A stretch of DNA of 64,000 nt from Candidatus Omnitrophota bacterium (GCA_023247725.1 JAHFFW010000002.1:160-64159), one strand, 5' to 3'; counted from the stretch's first letter, positions 21,029-32,507 are shown. The notes: generated by a model not told the origin, from the letters alone. Made by a program: numbers and translations.

Positions 21029-23482
21029 ATGAAAGATTTAGGAGCTAAAGAAAAGATCATTCCGGTCCCCATTGAAGAGGAGATGAAGGATTCTTATCTT
21101 TCTTATTCGATGAGTGTTATTGTCGGTCGGGCTTTGCCGGATGTCCGTGATGGACTCAAACCCGTACATCGGCGAATACTGTACGCCATGCAGGAATTGA
21201 ATTTAGAACACAATAAGCCTTATAAAAAAAGTGCCCGTATTGTCGGCGAGGTCTTGGGAAAATATCATCCCCATGGCGATGCGGCTGTTTACGAAACCAT
21301 GGTGCGCATGGTTCAGGACTTTTCCCTACGCTATCCTTTGATTGACGGACAAGGAAATTTTGGCTCCATTGACGGGGATGCGGCGGCGGCGATGCGTTAT
21401 ACGGAGGCCCGCATGGCGGCCGTGGCGGAAGAACTGTTGGCGGATATCGAGAAAGAAACGATTGATTTTACGCCGAATTTTGATTCGACGTTGAAGGAAC
21501 CAAGAATTTTACCCGGCATGATCCCCAATTTGTTGATCAACGGTTCTAGCGGGATTGCTGTCGGTATGGCAACCAATATGGCGCCGCACAATATGGCCGA
21601 GGTGGTAGAGGGTATTATTTATTTGTTGGACAATCCCGAAGCGCCGATTAAAGAAATTGTAAAATATGTCAAGGGGCCGGATTTTCCGACGGGCGGAATT
21701 ATTTGCGGACGTGAAGGCATTGTGGAAGCCTACAACACCGGTCGCGGCAAGGTGCTTTTGCGGGCTCGCGCTTCCATTGAGCGACAAAAAGGCAATAAGG
21801 ATTCCATTGTTATCACCGAGATTTCCTATCAAGTGAATAAGGCCAATCTCATTGAATCCATCGCCGACTTAGTTCAGAACAAAAGCGTTGATGGTATCAC
21901 TGATATCCGGGATGAATCAGACAAAGATGGCATTCGTGTGGTCATCGAGTTGCGCCGAGATGTCGAACCCCAGATTGTGCTCAATTATCTTTATAAGCAC
22001 ACTCAATTGGAAACCACCTTCGGTATCATCAATCTGGCCTTGGTGAACAATAGCCCGCAGGTATTGAATTTAAAGCAGTTGATTGAGCAATACATTGCCC
22101 ATCGAAGAGTGGTGATTCGTCGAAGGACGCAGTTTGACCTTGACCGCGCTCTCAAGCGGGCCCACATTTTGGAAGGCCTGAGAATTGCGCTTAAATTCAT
22201 CAATCAAATCATCAAGGTGATCAAGGAGTCCAAAACCACTCCGGAAGCCAAGGTGAACTTGATGAAGCATTTCGAGTTAAGTGAAATCCAGGCCCAGGCC
22301 ATTTTAGAAATGCAACTTCAACGGCTCGTTGCCTTAGAGCAGGATAAAATTGAATCGGAATATAAGGTGTTATTAGAAAATATTGAGATGTTCCGCGCTA
22401 TCCTGGCTTCGGAAAAAAAGATTGATGATCTTATTAAAGAGGATCTCTTGACGATCAAAAAGAAATATGCCGACGAACGCCGCACCGAAATTGCCGCCAA
22501 GGCCGAAGAAATTGAAGTGGAGGATCTGATTGCTGAGGAAGATATGGCGATCACGATCAGCAACACTGGTTATATCAAACGTTTGGCCGTCGACGCTTAT
22601 CGAAAGCAGAAAAGAGGTGGTAAAGGGGTTACCGCCATGGAAACCCGGGAAGAAGATTTTGTGAAGCACCTCTTTGTGGCTTCTTCTAAAGATTATCTTT
22701 TGATTTTTTCTAATAAAGGAATTGTCCGGTGGTTGAAGGTTTATGAGATTCCAATTGCTTCACGCAGCGCCAAAGGCAAGGCGATTGTGAATCTGCTTTC
22801 TATGGGCAACGATGAAGCGATCAGTTCCATTGTTGCGGTCAAAGAATTTAGCGAGGACCAATTTTTGGTGATGGCTTCCGCCCAAGGCAATGTCAAGAAG
22901 ACCAAATTGTCGGAATTTAGCAATCCGCGTAAAGGCGGGATTATCGGAATCACCTTAGAGAAGGGGGACTTCCTCATTGGAACGGCTTTGAGCGGAGGCA
23001 AGTACGACATTCTTCTAGCCACTCAACAAGGAAAGTCCCTGCGTTTTTCAGAAAAGCAGTTGCGCGATATGGGCCGGGCGGCTAAAGGTGTGCGGGGAAT
23101 TAAGTTAGGCAAGGATGATATCGTGGTGAGCCTCGTCGTTTTTCCCGTCGATATTGAAAAAACCGGTAGCACTCTTTTGTCCGTGACCTCGTTGGGTTTT
23201 GCCAAACGTTCCATGTTTAGCGCTTATCGGACACAGTCCCGCGGGGGAAAAGGCATTATCAACGTCAAGGTCACCGAAAGAAATGGTTTAGTCATCGGAG
23301 TTCTTGTTGTCACGCAAGATGATGAAATCATGGCCGTCACAAAGAAAGGAATGATGGTGCGCTGTGCGGTTAAGGACATCCGCGAAACTGGCCGCAGCAC
23401 CCAGGGTGTCCGTTTGATTTCCATGGAAAAGGATGATTCCGTCAGCTCGGTGGCAAATATTGCCGCCCGGGACGAGGAATAG
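21029..23482 (+). CDS. gyrA: DNA gyrase subunit A
   Basis: [22 protein letters not shown], GyrA-box QKRGGKG. Confidence 0.98.
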   Translation: MKDLGAKEKIIPVPIEEEMKDSYLSYSMSVIVGRALPDVRDGLKPVHRRILYAMQELNLEHNKPYKKSARIVGEVLGKYHPHGDAAVYETMVRMVQDFSLRYPLIDGQGNFGSIDGDAAAAMRYTEARMAAVAEELLADIEKETIDFTPNFDSTLKEPRILPGMIPNLLINGSSGIAVGMATNMAPHNMAEVVEGIIYLLDNPEAPIKEIVKYVKGPDFPTGGIICGREGIVEAYNTGRGKVLLRARASIERQKGNKDSIVITEISYQVNKANLIESIADLVQNKSVDGITDIRDESDKDGIRVVIELRRDVEPQIVLNYLYKHTQLETTFGIINLALVNNSPQVLNLKQLIEQYIAHRRVVIRRRTQFDLDRALKRAHILEGLRIALKFINQIIKVIKESKTTPEAKVNLMKHFELSEIQAQAILEMQLQRLVALEQDKIESEYKVLLENIEMFRAILASEKKIDDLIKEDLLTIKKKYADERRTEIAAKAEEIEVEDLIAEEDMAITISNTGYIKRLAVDAYRKQKRGGKGVTAMETREEDFVKHLFVASSKDYLLIFSNKGIVRWLKVYEIPIASRSAKGKAIVNLLSMGNDEAISSIVAVKEFSEDQFLVMASAQGNVKKTKLSEFSNPRKGGIIGITLEKGDFLIGTALSGGKYDILLATQQGKSLRFSEKQLRDMGRAAKGVRGIKLGKDDIVVSLVVFPVDIEKTGSTLLSVTSLGFAKRSMFSAYRTQSRGGKGIINVKVTERNGLVIGVLVVTQDDEIMAVTKKGMMVRCAVKDIRETGRSTQGVRLISMEKDDSVSSVANIAARDEE

Positions 23483-23495
23483 GGCGATTAATTTC

Positions 23496-23525
23496 TTGAC
23501 CATTGTGAGGGCGCAATTTTATAAT
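23496..23525 (+). promoter_or_regulatory. tRNA-Glu promoter
   Basis: TTGACC-18 nt-TATAAT followed by GC-rich discriminator. Confidence 0.55.
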
Positions 23526-23603
23526 AGCGCCCCTTTTGTATTGTGGCAGTCCCTCGGCCCTTTGAAGCGGGCCTCAGGACGACAATTCGCTTCGCTCGTT
23601 GTC

Positions 23604-23680
23604 GACCCCATCGTCTAGCCCGGTCAGGACAAGAGCTTTTCAAGCTCTCGGCGCGGGTTCAAATCCCGCTGGGGTCGCCA
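23604..23680 (+). tRNA. tRNA-Glu(TTC)
   Basis: GACCCCA acceptor, AGAGC-TTTTCAA-GCTCT anticodon arm, GGTTCAAATCC, CCA. Confidence 0.96.
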
Positions 23681-23750
23681 AGTTGTACCATAGAGAGAAC
23701 ATTACCTAAACCGCATTCCCCACCATTTCATACAGGACATAATTGTTTTA

Positions 23751-25183
23751 TGTTACGTAACTTTTAAAAGTAGACATTGGGAACAGAAAGAATAGACATA
23801 GCCGTAGCCTTTCTTTCTTTTTGCTACTTTTTCTTTCTTTGTTAATTCTGTGAATATGTGGATAACTTTAGCGATAGCCCTCCAGGTGATATTGCCAGAC
23901 CTTCTGGTTGTTAATGAGCGCCATGAGTTTTTTGCCAGGGATAAAGGCGACGATGATTTTGCGGCCGGGGCGCTGACCGATCTTATAAGTTTTGCTCATA
24001 AATTTGATGGAATCGTCGTTATAGACCGTTCTTTCAAAGTGCAAAGAGAAGATAGCATCAAGGTCTCTATCTTTGGGAAGCTTTCTTAGCTTGGAACGTT
24101 TTTCCTGGATGGCTCTTTTCCAGCGTTCGTTGGGAATCTCGTGAGTTTCAAGATGCACTCTTTTTTCGTTATAAAAATAGACTAGATCAGCTAAGATTTT
24201 AGTCGCTTCCTTGAGAATTTTGATCTTAAAGCGTTCGCACTCTAGCGGAAGTCGGCGTTGGAAGTAATCGAACTGTTTTTCGATTTTGCCCTTGGATTTG
24301 GCATCCTGGGCGTAAAGGACAGTGACGTCCAATGAATTCATCACCCGTTTGAATTGGACTTTGCCTTCTTCTTCGGAGATACGGCGGGTGTAATGGATGC
24401 ACTCATCGGCCAGGTTAAATCTAAAGATGCTGTGTCTATCAACGTAATAGGCCAAGGGCAAGCCGTTTTCCTCGGCGATCTGACGCTCAAGACGGATATG
24501 CTCCCAGGCGCTTTCGGCTTCTTTCAGTGAGAAGCCAACGACTTTACGGGAATGGTCATCTTTGGTCATGATCAGATCATGATAACGGCCTGAGGATGGC
24601 AGCCAGACGTGATGCGAGGTATCGTGCTGATATAAAGCGCCGATACAATCCATTTCAAAACGAATACAGGGTTTTTGTTTTTCTTCCGAGGTCTGTTCAT
24701 AGTAGCCTTTGACGATGGCAAAACGTCTGATGGTATTGCGATGAAGGGTGAGTTCATAATTCTTTTGGACCTTCTCGGCCAGGTAAGCAAAATTGAATTT
24801 GTTGTGATAATGCTTGGCGTCATTTTTTAGATACGAAAGTTCACTGTGAAGAAAGCATTGGATATTGTGAGGGAGAGTGCGCTTTTTATTCTCCCCGGAG
24901 ACCTGAAGCTTGAAAGGTTGATCCTTTAAACTGGCCCGAAGCCATCTTTTACGGATTTTATAAAGACTCGCTCGCTTTACACCTAAAAGTTCGCAGGCTT
25001 CCTTCTCAGAAATCGTATGGTTATTAAACTGTTCTAACACTTGTATGACCCATTGTTTTGTTGACCGCTTGGCTAGTTGTGTCGTCATGGGACACCTCCT
25101 TTTTTAAAAGGATGTCCCAGAAAAAACTAAGAACCTATGTCTACTTTCTTGTTCCCCATGTCTACTTTCTAAGTTACGCATCA
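23751..25183 (-). mobile_element. Insertion sequence, IS1202/IS481-like, with ~50-bp imperfect IRs and 16-bp target duplication
   Basis: TG...CA ends; left TGTTACGTAACTT..AAAGTAGACAT vs right (revcomp) TGATGCGTAACTT..AAAGTAGACAT; GGACATAATTGTTTTA at 23735-23750 and 25184-25199. Confidence 0.88.
23868..25088 (-). CDS. DDE transposase (rve-type, IS1202/IS481-like)
   Basis: N-terminal HTH; QHDTSHHVW, DDHSR, YYVDRHSIF, AKSKGKIEK. Confidence 0.9.
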   Translation of the reverse strand: MTTQLAKRSTKQWVIQVLEQFNNHTISEKEACELLGVKRASLYKIRKRWLRASLKDQPFKLQVSGENKKRTLPHNIQCFLHSELSYLKNDAKHYHNKFNFAYLAEKVQKNYELTLHRNTIRRFAIVKGYYEQTSEEKQKPCIRFEMDCIGALYQHDTSHHVWLPSSGRYHDLIMTKDDHSRKVVGFSLKEAESAWEHIRLERQIAEENGLPLAYYVDRHSIFRFNLADECIHYTRRISEEEGKVQFKRVMNSLDVTVLYAQDAKSKGKIEKQFDYFQRRLPLECERFKIKILKEATKILADLVYFYNEKRVHLETHEIPNERWKRAIQEKRSKLRKLPKDRDLDAIFSLHFERTVYNDDSIKFMSKTYKIGQRPGRKIIVAFIPGKKLMALINNQKVWQYHLEGYR

Positions 25184-25282
25184 GGACATAATTGTTTTAT
25201 TGAATTTTCAATAAACCTTTGATATATTAAATTACTTTTTATAAGCATAGTGTTGGGAGACAACAGCAAATAAGGAGGGTTT

Positions 25283-25768
25283 ATGAAAAAAGTCGCAATA
25301 ATGATGCTATTGGTGGGGATGATGATCGCAGCAACTTCAAGCAGTTATGCCACAGAGACAAAAGATTTACAAGGGATTTATGAGCAGTGTGGTCTGGGCG
25401 GACTTTTATTTCCCCGCTGGCCAGTAGGGGCAAGCGTCAGTAATTTTACCTGGGATTTTGGTTCAACGGCATCAACATCAGGATTGACGACTCCGGATGC
25501 CTGCAAAGGGGGACAAGCAAAGCTGGCGGCCTATATCTACAATTCCTATGATTCGATCGAAAAGGACCTTGCCAAAGGCGACGGCAAGTATTTGGACATG
25601 TTGTCCATGTTGTCCGGAAAAACAACGGAAGAGAAAGATGCGTTCATCCAAGATGTGAGGACACAGTTCCGCGCGATCGTCGCGAGAGATAACTATTCTT
25701 CCCTGAGCCGTCTTGAAAAGGCAAAATTAGTATTCGCATTGGTCACGGGTGTAACGAACAATTCTTAA
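25283..25768 (+). CDS. Secreted DUF3015-like protein
   Basis: Signal peptide; CGLG..LF, STSG....C, DLAKGDGKYL motif; AAGGAGG SD. Confidence 0.7.
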   Translation: MKKVAIMMLLVGMMIAATSSSYATETKDLQGIYEQCGLGGLLFPRWPVGASVSNFTWDFGSTASTSGLTTPDACKGGQAKLAAYIYNSYDSIEKDLAKGDGKYLDMLSMLSGKTTEEKDAFIQDVRTQFRAIVARDNYSSLSRLEKAKLVFALVTGVTNNS

Positions 25769-25791
25769 TCCGGGGAAATTCATCATTTCAC

Positions 25792-25832
25792 GAAGCCGTA
25801 CTTTAAAGATTAAAGTATGGCTTCTTTTTTTT
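25792..25832 (+). terminator. Intrinsic terminator
   Basis: GAAGCCGTACTTTAA-AGA-TTAAAGTATGGCTTC followed by T8. Confidence 0.7.
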
Positions 25833-27701
25833 CTCTTCTTCTGCGCTTTATTCACATCCGTAACTCATGCCTCGGAGAGCGAGTCTTATATCGAAAAAGC
25901 GAACGCGCTGCATCTGGCAGATGATCAGATGTGGAAAGACCTTCTTCACTTTCACCGGGGCCACAGCCTGATCCTGGATAAGGACTTCTTTTTGTCCGGT
26001 AGGGGCCGCCTCGATCCCCAAGCGGAAATGGAAGCAACGATCGAAGTCTATTTTATCCGGGAACATAAAATCAAGAGAGAATCGGGTGACACGGACATCG
26101 TCTGCATCTATCCGGCCAGATATACATGGCTTAACGAAAAGCTGGGTCTTCCGAATTTCAGGATCGACGCGGATGTTTGCCCGGTGCTAACCCAGTGGGC
26201 CCGCCTTGACCAAATCGAATCGGTCAGCGTACTCTATGTTAGTGGTTATCTGGGTAACCCTGCGTCTTCTTTCGGGCACGTCCTTTTAAACCTGAAGATT
26301 AAAGGCCAGGATGAGCTGATGGGCCTTTTCGACACCTCGATCACTTACGGCGCCACCGTCCCTCTTAATGAAAATATTCTCTTGTATGTCCTCAAAGGGC
26401 TCTTCGGCGGTTACTATGCTACCTTTTCAGACAAATTCTTCTACACTCATGACCAGGTTTATACCAATCGGGAGTTTAGGGACATGTGGGAGTATACGCT
26501 CGAACTGACAGACTTTGAGAAAAAGATGCTTATCTATCACATAGCCGAACTGCTCACGAAGAAATTCAGATATTATTTTCTCAGCGCCAACTGCGCCCAG
26601 CGCATGGCCGTCCTCCTTGACATCTTTCTCGATGAAAATTTGCACAGTTACCGTTACCCAGCATACGTTCCGGAAGAACTTTTCCACCAGATGGAGATCA
26701 TCGACACAGAAAGGCGCAATAAAAACAAATCCGGATTAATAAAAAGCATTAGATATATTCCATCCGCACAGCGTTACTTATTTTACGAGACCGAGCGCTT
26801 AACGGGCGAAGAGCGAAAGACCTTCCGGGATGTTATGAAAAGCCAACAAGAAGATTTCAGCCCTCTGCTTGATGAGCTGGACACCCAGAGCCGCATCAAT
26901 ATTTTGAACGCACTGCTGGCTTACCAGTATTACAAGCTGATGGCGAGTAATGAAGCGGAGGCCGATCAACGCTTGAAAGAATTCAAAAATAAGATCCTTT
27001 TGGCGCGGTTGGGGTTGCCGGCGCAAAAGGAAAATCCGGTGACCATTCCGGAAATCCCGTCACCCAGAGAGGTCTCGCCGCCCTCTTCGTTCAACACCGG
27101 GCTTGTCTTTGAGAGGGGTAACGACCCGTTCCCATCAGCGGGAGTGACTGTTTTCCGTAAGGAATCGGTAGGAATGAATGCCCTGGAATATAACGAACTA
27201 GTCGCGTTAAACCTGGTCATCGGGGTCCGTTCCGACTCTGGAAGAGTTTTTGTCGATACCTTTGATTTTCTCAAGATAAGCGATTTCAAGACGTACTGTA
27301 TCAAGGAGACGAAAGAGAACCCGTTGTCCTAGAGGGTTCGGGCGGGCCTTGACCGATATAGCACGGATGATGACGTTTCCTATGATTATATGCTGGATGG
27401 AGGTATCGGGTTGGCCCAAAAAACCGGCGAGATTGGTATTTTTTACGGATTTATGAACGCTTCTTTGCACTCACTTGATCAGCAATACCGGGCAGGGCCT
27501 TCAGTCGGACTTATTGTCGGTCACGATGCCCTGAAACTTCAGCTGGAATCCGGACTGGAGTTCGGGCTGGAGAAATACGGCTATATCGAAACCGGGCAAG
27601 TCAAACTTCAGTACCAGATCAATCGGCAAAATGCCATACAGTTATCTTTTGAAAAAACATCCCGTGAGCGTCTGACATTGAATTATATTTTCTACTGGTG
27701 A
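25817..27701 (+). pseudogene. Lnb/DUF4105-like protein with C-terminal beta-barrel, interrupted by in-frame TAG at 27330-27332
   Basis: W..LLH, C.YPARY.WL, PASSFGH, RDMWEY.L, YYFLSANCA motifs; frame continues past the TAG (PLS*RVRAG) to ...YIFYW; signal peptide lacks an in-frame ATG. Confidence 0.7.
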
Positions 27702-28091
27702 TTTCATGCCTGCTTTTTCATTCTCCCTGCCATAAATTTGTCTCACGGGTAAAAATGACGTTCACACACTCATTCAATCTGCTCCTCTGTGGGCCGCTTT
27801 TTATGGCTCTCCCCCTGTTTTGAGGACCCTATTTTAGTAGAAAATTCTACTTGGGAATGGTCCAGAATTCAGGGAACAGGTCACCTTTGAAAAGAAACTC
27901 TCCGAATACGGTGCGGGGAGTAGACAAAATCAAAATACACCTTGTCTCACCCGCTCAATACTTCAAATGCGTATTTTTTTAACTGATGACACCCCGCTAC
28001 TCATAATCCCCCATTGATTTTTTCTCAATTATCTCTTCTCGTCTTTTCAACAATCGGGTATGATATGCTTAAACTACAGAGGCGGAATAAT

Positions 28092-28538
28092 ATGCAAAAC
28101 GATTATGTTTTATATACAATCGGCTATGAAGGCCGGAATATCGACGAATTTATCGTCAGATTAAAAAATTTTGGGGTCACTCGCCTTATCGATGTCCGGG
28201 AAATTCCTCTTTCACGAAAAAAGGGATTCTCAAAAACGGCTTTAGGGCGAAGATTAAACGAGGAAAATATCGAGTATGTCCATTATAAGGCTTTGGGAAG
28301 TCCGTCGGAAATAAGACACAAGTTAAAAGCGGATTGGGATTATGATTATTTCTTTAAGGTTTTTTCAAAATATCTTGCCAGCCAGAAGGATGTTATAGAG
28401 GAAGTTTATAATCGTTTATTTGACGGCGTAAATTGTTTGATGTGTTTTGAGTATAACCATGAACAATGTCATCGCTCGTGTGTGGCTACCAAGATAAAGG
28501 AATTTAACGGGAGTTTAGTCTCGGTAGAACACATTTAA
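28092..28538 (+). CDS. DUF488 family protein
   Basis: LYTIGYEG, LIDVREIPLSRKKGFSK, CLMCFE....CHR. Confidence 0.9.
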   Translation: MQNDYVLYTIGYEGRNIDEFIVRLKNFGVTRLIDVREIPLSRKKGFSKTALGRRLNEENIEYVHYKALGSPSEIRHKLKADWDYDYFFKVFSKYLASQKDVIEEVYNRLFDGVNCLMCFEYNHEQCHRSCVATKIKEFNGSLVSVEHI

Positions 28539-28546
28539 AATGCAGA

Positions 28547-29329
28547 ATGCAATTTCAAACCAAGAAAATCCTCGTCACTGTTAAAACCTACCCCAATCCA
28601 AGCAAAAAATACGGTGAAACAGTTTGTTGTGCAGGCATTGATTTAGAAACGAACCAGTGGGTTCGCTTATATCCTATTCCTTTTCGTGATTTAGATCAGT
28701 ATAAGGCATTTAAAAAATATTCCGTCATAACTGTAAGTTGTTCCCACCCTCGTGATGATAAAAGACCAGAGAGTTTTCATGTGGATCGGGATAGCATTAA
28801 AATTCTGGAACACTGGGATACTATAAAGGACAAAAAATGGCAACGGAGAAAAGATGTGGTTTTTAAACTGCCGGTCAAATCAATGTGTCAGGTTTATAGA
28901 GAGCAACAGGAAAAAGATTTGTCTTTAGCAATGATTAGGCCGGTTGACATATCATTTGAATGTAAAAAGAAAAGTTCGACCGATATGCAATCAAGAGAGG
29001 CTTGTTATTCGCAGTTCAGCTTTTTGGATAAGCCTAAAGCGCCTATTGAAGTGATTCTGTATGATTTTTATTACAATTTTAAATGTTTAAATGAACCAGA
29101 TTGCGATTCGCATAAATTATCAATTATTGATTGGGAGATAGGGGCCTTATATAGAACCTTGCGGGATAGGTGTTCCTCAGAAAAAGAGTTATTGGAGAAA
29201 ATTGAGCAGAAATGGCGTGAAATCTCTGATACAAATAAGAAAGATGTCCATTTTTATGTCGGCAACATAAAGAGATTGCGAGATATTTTTATGGTATTGG
29301 GTGTCTTTTATCCGCCTAAAAACATTTGA
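28547..29329 (+). CDS. Conserved hypothetical partner of DUF488 (probably OB-fold)
   Basis: VKTYPNPSKKYGETVCCAG, WVRLYPIPFR, RPESF, DWEIGALY, FYPPK. Confidence 0.8.
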   Translation: MQFQTKKILVTVKTYPNPSKKYGETVCCAGIDLETNQWVRLYPIPFRDLDQYKAFKKYSVITVSCSHPRDDKRPESFHVDRDSIKILEHWDTIKDKKWQRRKDVVFKLPVKSMCQVYREQQEKDLSLAMIRPVDISFECKKKSSTDMQSREACYSQFSFLDKPKAPIEVILYDFYYNFKCLNEPDCDSHKLSIIDWEIGALYRTLRDRCSSEKELLEKIEQKWREISDTNKKDVHFYVGNIKRLRDIFMVLGVFYPPKNI

Positions 29330-29477
29330 GTTGCGTCAATGTGTTTAAAACGGTATCATGGCCCTGATTGTAAAGGTTCGTTGTATTGTACAGCTGGGGT
29401 CGTTCTTCTTCGCCTCCGAATTTGCATTCAGGGGTTCGTCTTGTTTTTTAATTGATTTCTAATCGAAGGAGGAAACT

Positions 29478-30134
29478 ATGTTAAAGATTTACGGAAGTGA
29501 CCTTTCGGCCCCATCCAATAAGGTGCGTTTCACAGCAAATTATCTGGGCCTTCAGTATGAATATGTGAAGGTCGATCTGCGCTCCGGCGACCATATGAAA
29601 CCGGAATATAAAAAGTTGCATCCCGCCAATAAAGTTCCCTCGATCGACGACGACGGCTTTGTTTTATTTGAAAGTAACGCCATTATTCGTTATCTCGCCG
29701 ACAAAAAAGGCTCACCACTTTACCCCAAGGGGCTCAAGGAACGGGGACTCGTCGACCAATGGATTGATTTTGGCAGCATGCACGTGGGCGCTGCTTTAAT
29801 GAAGGTAGTTTATAATCGAATCTTTGCCCCCCTGCGCGGCATCCCCATTGATGAGAATTCGCTCAAAGAGGGGCTTTCTTTCCTCGACCGGTTCTTGCCC
29901 GTCGTGGATGAACAGCTTTCCAGGCACACATATCTCGTGGGAGAGAATTTTACGTTGGCCGATATCAATCTTTTGGCCTTGATGGATCCCTGTGAACCTG
30001 CACAAGTTGATATTTCAAAATATAAAAATCTCACCCGTTGGAGAAACGCTCTTCGCAAGGAATCGTTCTATACCAAGTGTCATCCAGATTATACCCACGT
30101 TTTGCAGAGCCTGCAGACGCCGGCAAAAAAATAA
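29478..30134 (+). CDS. Glutathione S-transferase family protein
   Basis: KVP.IDDDGFVLFESNAIIRYL; YLVG..FTLADI. Confidence 0.93.
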   Translation: MLKIYGSDLSAPSNKVRFTANYLGLQYEYVKVDLRSGDHMKPEYKKLHPANKVPSIDDDGFVLFESNAIIRYLADKKGSPLYPKGLKERGLVDQWIDFGSMHVGAALMKVVYNRIFAPLRGIPIDENSLKEGLSFLDRFLPVVDEQLSRHTYLVGENFTLADINLLALMDPCEPAQVDISKYKNLTRWRNALRKESFYTKCHPDYTHVLQSLQTPAKK

Positions 30135-30157
30135 CTCAACCTTTTCTTTAAATCATT

Positions 30158-30958
30158 ATGAAGATTGCCCTGGTTCAAATGAATTCCGGCCCCGATAAAG
30201 ATCGGAATATCGCCAGGGCAATTTTATTTGTCCGACGAGCCATTCAAAAAAAAGCCGAATTCATTTTGCTGCCGGAGGTTTTTCATTTCCGCGGGGCGCT
30301 GGATAAAGAGGCGGCTCTTCAGCATGTGGCAGAATCAATTCCTGGAAAAACCACGTGCTGCTTTCAGGAAATAGCCAGAAAAGATAAAGTTTTCATCCTT
30401 TTGGGATCCATTTATGAACTTCCGTTTAAAGGGGCAAAAAAAATTTATAATACTTCCGTCTTGATTGATAATCAGGGTCGAATTTCGACAACATATCGTA
30501 AAAGAAAATTGTTTAAAGTTCGACTCCCTCAAAAGCACATTGACGAATCAAAGATTTTATCCGCTGGACACAATTTCGTTACGGCGAACGTCAAAGGCTG
30601 GCGTGTGGGTTTGTCCATCTGTTACGATTTGCGTTTTTCCGAAATTTATCGAACCTATGCCCGAGGGGGCGCTCAGATTATTTGTGTCCCCTCTTCCTTT
30701 ACTTTTCCGACGGGAAAAGCACACTTTGAAATTTTATTACGCGCCCGCGCCATTGAAAACCTGTGTTACATTGTGGCCCCGAATCAGGTCGGCTCAAGCA
30801 GCAATGGCATTGCCGCCTATGGCAACAGCATGGTGATCGATCCTTGGGGAAAGATCTTGGCGCGGGCTGGCGCCCGAAAGGAAGGAATTATTTTTGCCAA
30901 CCTGGATCGGGGAAACATTGTTGCGAAAAGGAAATCCCTTCCGGGCATTTTGAAATGA
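30158..30958 (+). CDS. Carbon-nitrogen hydrolase (Nit1/deaminated-glutathione amidase-like)
   Basis: LLPE, YRK..LF, ICYDLRF, RARAIEN, GNSMVIDPWG. Confidence 0.9.
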   Translation: MKIALVQMNSGPDKDRNIARAILFVRRAIQKKAEFILLPEVFHFRGALDKEAALQHVAESIPGKTTCCFQEIARKDKVFILLGSIYELPFKGAKKIYNTSVLIDNQGRISTTYRKRKLFKVRLPQKHIDESKILSAGHNFVTANVKGWRVGLSICYDLRFSEIYRTYARGGAQIICVPSSFTFPTGKAHFEILLRARAIENLCYIVAPNQVGSSSNGIAAYGNSMVIDPWGKILARAGARKEGIIFANLDRGNIVAKRKSLPGILK

Positions 30959-31037
30959 TTCTAAGATTGTCTTGTCGGCCCATTGTTTTTAGGTGTAAGA
31001 TGAAATCAATTTCAACAATCTAAATAAGGAACAAACG

Positions 31038-32018
31038 ATGGCCTCTCTCAAAGTGGCTGTGACCGGCGCCGCTGGCCAAATTGGTTATGCCTTATTGTTC
31101 CGAATTGCCGCCGGAGAAATGTTCGGCCAGGAAACCAGCGTCGAATTAAACCTCCTTGAATTAGAAACAGTCCTTCCCGCTCTGGAAGGTGTCGTCATGG
31201 AGTTGCAGGATTGCGCCTTTCCTTTATTAAAATCCACGACGGTTACTTCCGATCCAAAAGTTGCCTTCAAGGAAATTGATTGGGCCTTATTGGTGGGCAG
31301 CGTGCCCCGAAAAGCGGGTATGGAAAGAGGCGAACTTTTAAAAATTAATGGCGGTGTCTTTGTTACGCAGGGCAAGGCCTTAAATGAATCGGCAAAACCG
31401 ACTTGCAAGGTCTTGGTCGTTGGGAATCCATGCAACACCAATGCCACCATCGCAAAAAGTACTGCCAAGAATCTTTCCGAGCGCAATTTTTTTGCCATGA
31501 CCATGCTGGACCAAAATCGGGCGGTGGCTCAAATCGCTTTAAAGGCCGGAGTCGATATCGGTCAAGTCAAGCGAATGGCCATCTGGGGTAATCATTCTGC
31601 CACCCAATTCCCGGATTTTTATCATGCCACCATTCAGGGAAAACTTGTCCCCTCCGTGATTCAGGATGAACAGTGGCTTAAAACGACTTTTATTCAAACC
31701 GTCCAGCAAAGAGGCGCGGCCATCATTAAAGCCCGCGGCCTTTCCTCCGCTGCCTCTGCGGCAAATGCCATTATCGATAGCGTGAAGAATCTGACCACTC
31801 CGACAAAGGCGGAGGAATTTTTTTCCGTGGCCGTCTCTTCCGATGGAAGTTATGGAATTCCTTCCGGCCTGATGTTCAGTTTTCCTGTACGGAATAATGG
31901 ACGGGACTGGGAAATTGTGCAGGGGATCAGTCATAATGATTTTGCCAAAGAAAAATTGGCTGCGACTTTGAAAGAGTTGCAGGAAGAAAAGACGATCGTT
32001 CAATCATTGTTAGTTTAG
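31038..32018 (+). CDS. mdh: Malate dehydrogenase
   Basis: [40 protein letters not shown]. Confidence 0.97.
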   Translation: MASLKVAVTGAAGQIGYALLFRIAAGEMFGQETSVELNLLELETVLPALEGVVMELQDCAFPLLKSTTVTSDPKVAFKEIDWALLVGSVPRKAGMERGELLKINGGVFVTQGKALNESAKPTCKVLVVGNPCNTNATIAKSTAKNLSERNFFAMTMLDQNRAVAQIALKAGVDIGQVKRMAIWGNHSATQFPDFYHATIQGKLVPSVIQDEQWLKTTFIQTVQQRGAAIIKARGLSSAASAANAIIDSVKNLTTPTKAEEFFSVAVSSDGSYGIPSGLMFSFPVRNNGRDWEIVQGISHNDFAKEKLAATLKELQEEKTIVQSLLV

Positions 32019-32036
32019 GTTAACCGGTGATTTTTA

Positions 32037-32507
32037 ATGGATTCAACGAACCCAAGACAATCCCCCCCAAATCCATTAGAAAATCTTAAACAGATCCTTT
32101 CGCAAGCCGATCGTCTGGCCGCTAGCTATTTTAGACAAGATAAATCCTCCAGTGCACCACCATCACTCAAGCCTGATTTCCTCGTCGAAGAAATTAAAAA
32201 TGAGGTTTCGAAAGAGGAAAAGATGCTCGATCGTGAAAAAACTTTTCCCTCCACGGCATTCGCTGAAAGGTCAAAATCTTCGGAGGATAAAAATTTAGGT
32301 TCTGCAAAATTTTTCTTAGAGTTTGCGGACCGGGTTGCAAAAAAAACTATCGAAGATTTAGTCCATCGAATCCAATCGATTCCAGAGCAAAACTTAAATC
32401 CAGCAACCCTAGAAGCATTGTTGACTTCCTTGATGAGCGAAACTTCCCATATTCGAAAATTGGATGAATTGATTCAATCCAATCGCCCTTCCAAGCCTTC
32501 CCCTTGA
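32037..32507 (+). CDS. Hypothetical protein
   Basis: 156-aa ORF filling the mdh-Tad gap; no recognisable motif. Confidence 0.5.
   Translation: MDSTNPRQSPPNPLENLKQILSQADRLAASYFRQDKSSSAPPSLKPDFLVEEIKNEVSKEEKMLDREKTFPSTAFAERSKSSEDKNLGSAKFFLEFADRVAKKTIEDLVHRIQSIPEQNLNPATLEALLTSLMSETSHIRKLDELIQSNRPSKPSP

Noticed and set aside
23732-23760. dif/Xer-like CATAA...TTATGTTA at the left IS junction
   Set aside because: Spacer is 5 nt rather than 6, the XerD-like arm is partly made by the IS end, and the site is near oriC rather than the terminus
27330-27332. Amber recoding (pyrrolysine or alternative genetic code)
   Set aside because: TAG is a normal stop for gyrA, yidD, rplT and others here; no pyl genes visible; a TGG>TAG mutation is simpler
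28049-28128. Short repeat ACAATCGG.TATGA giving STIGYD/YTIGYE
   Set aside because: Only ~14 nt, two copies; insufficient evidence of function
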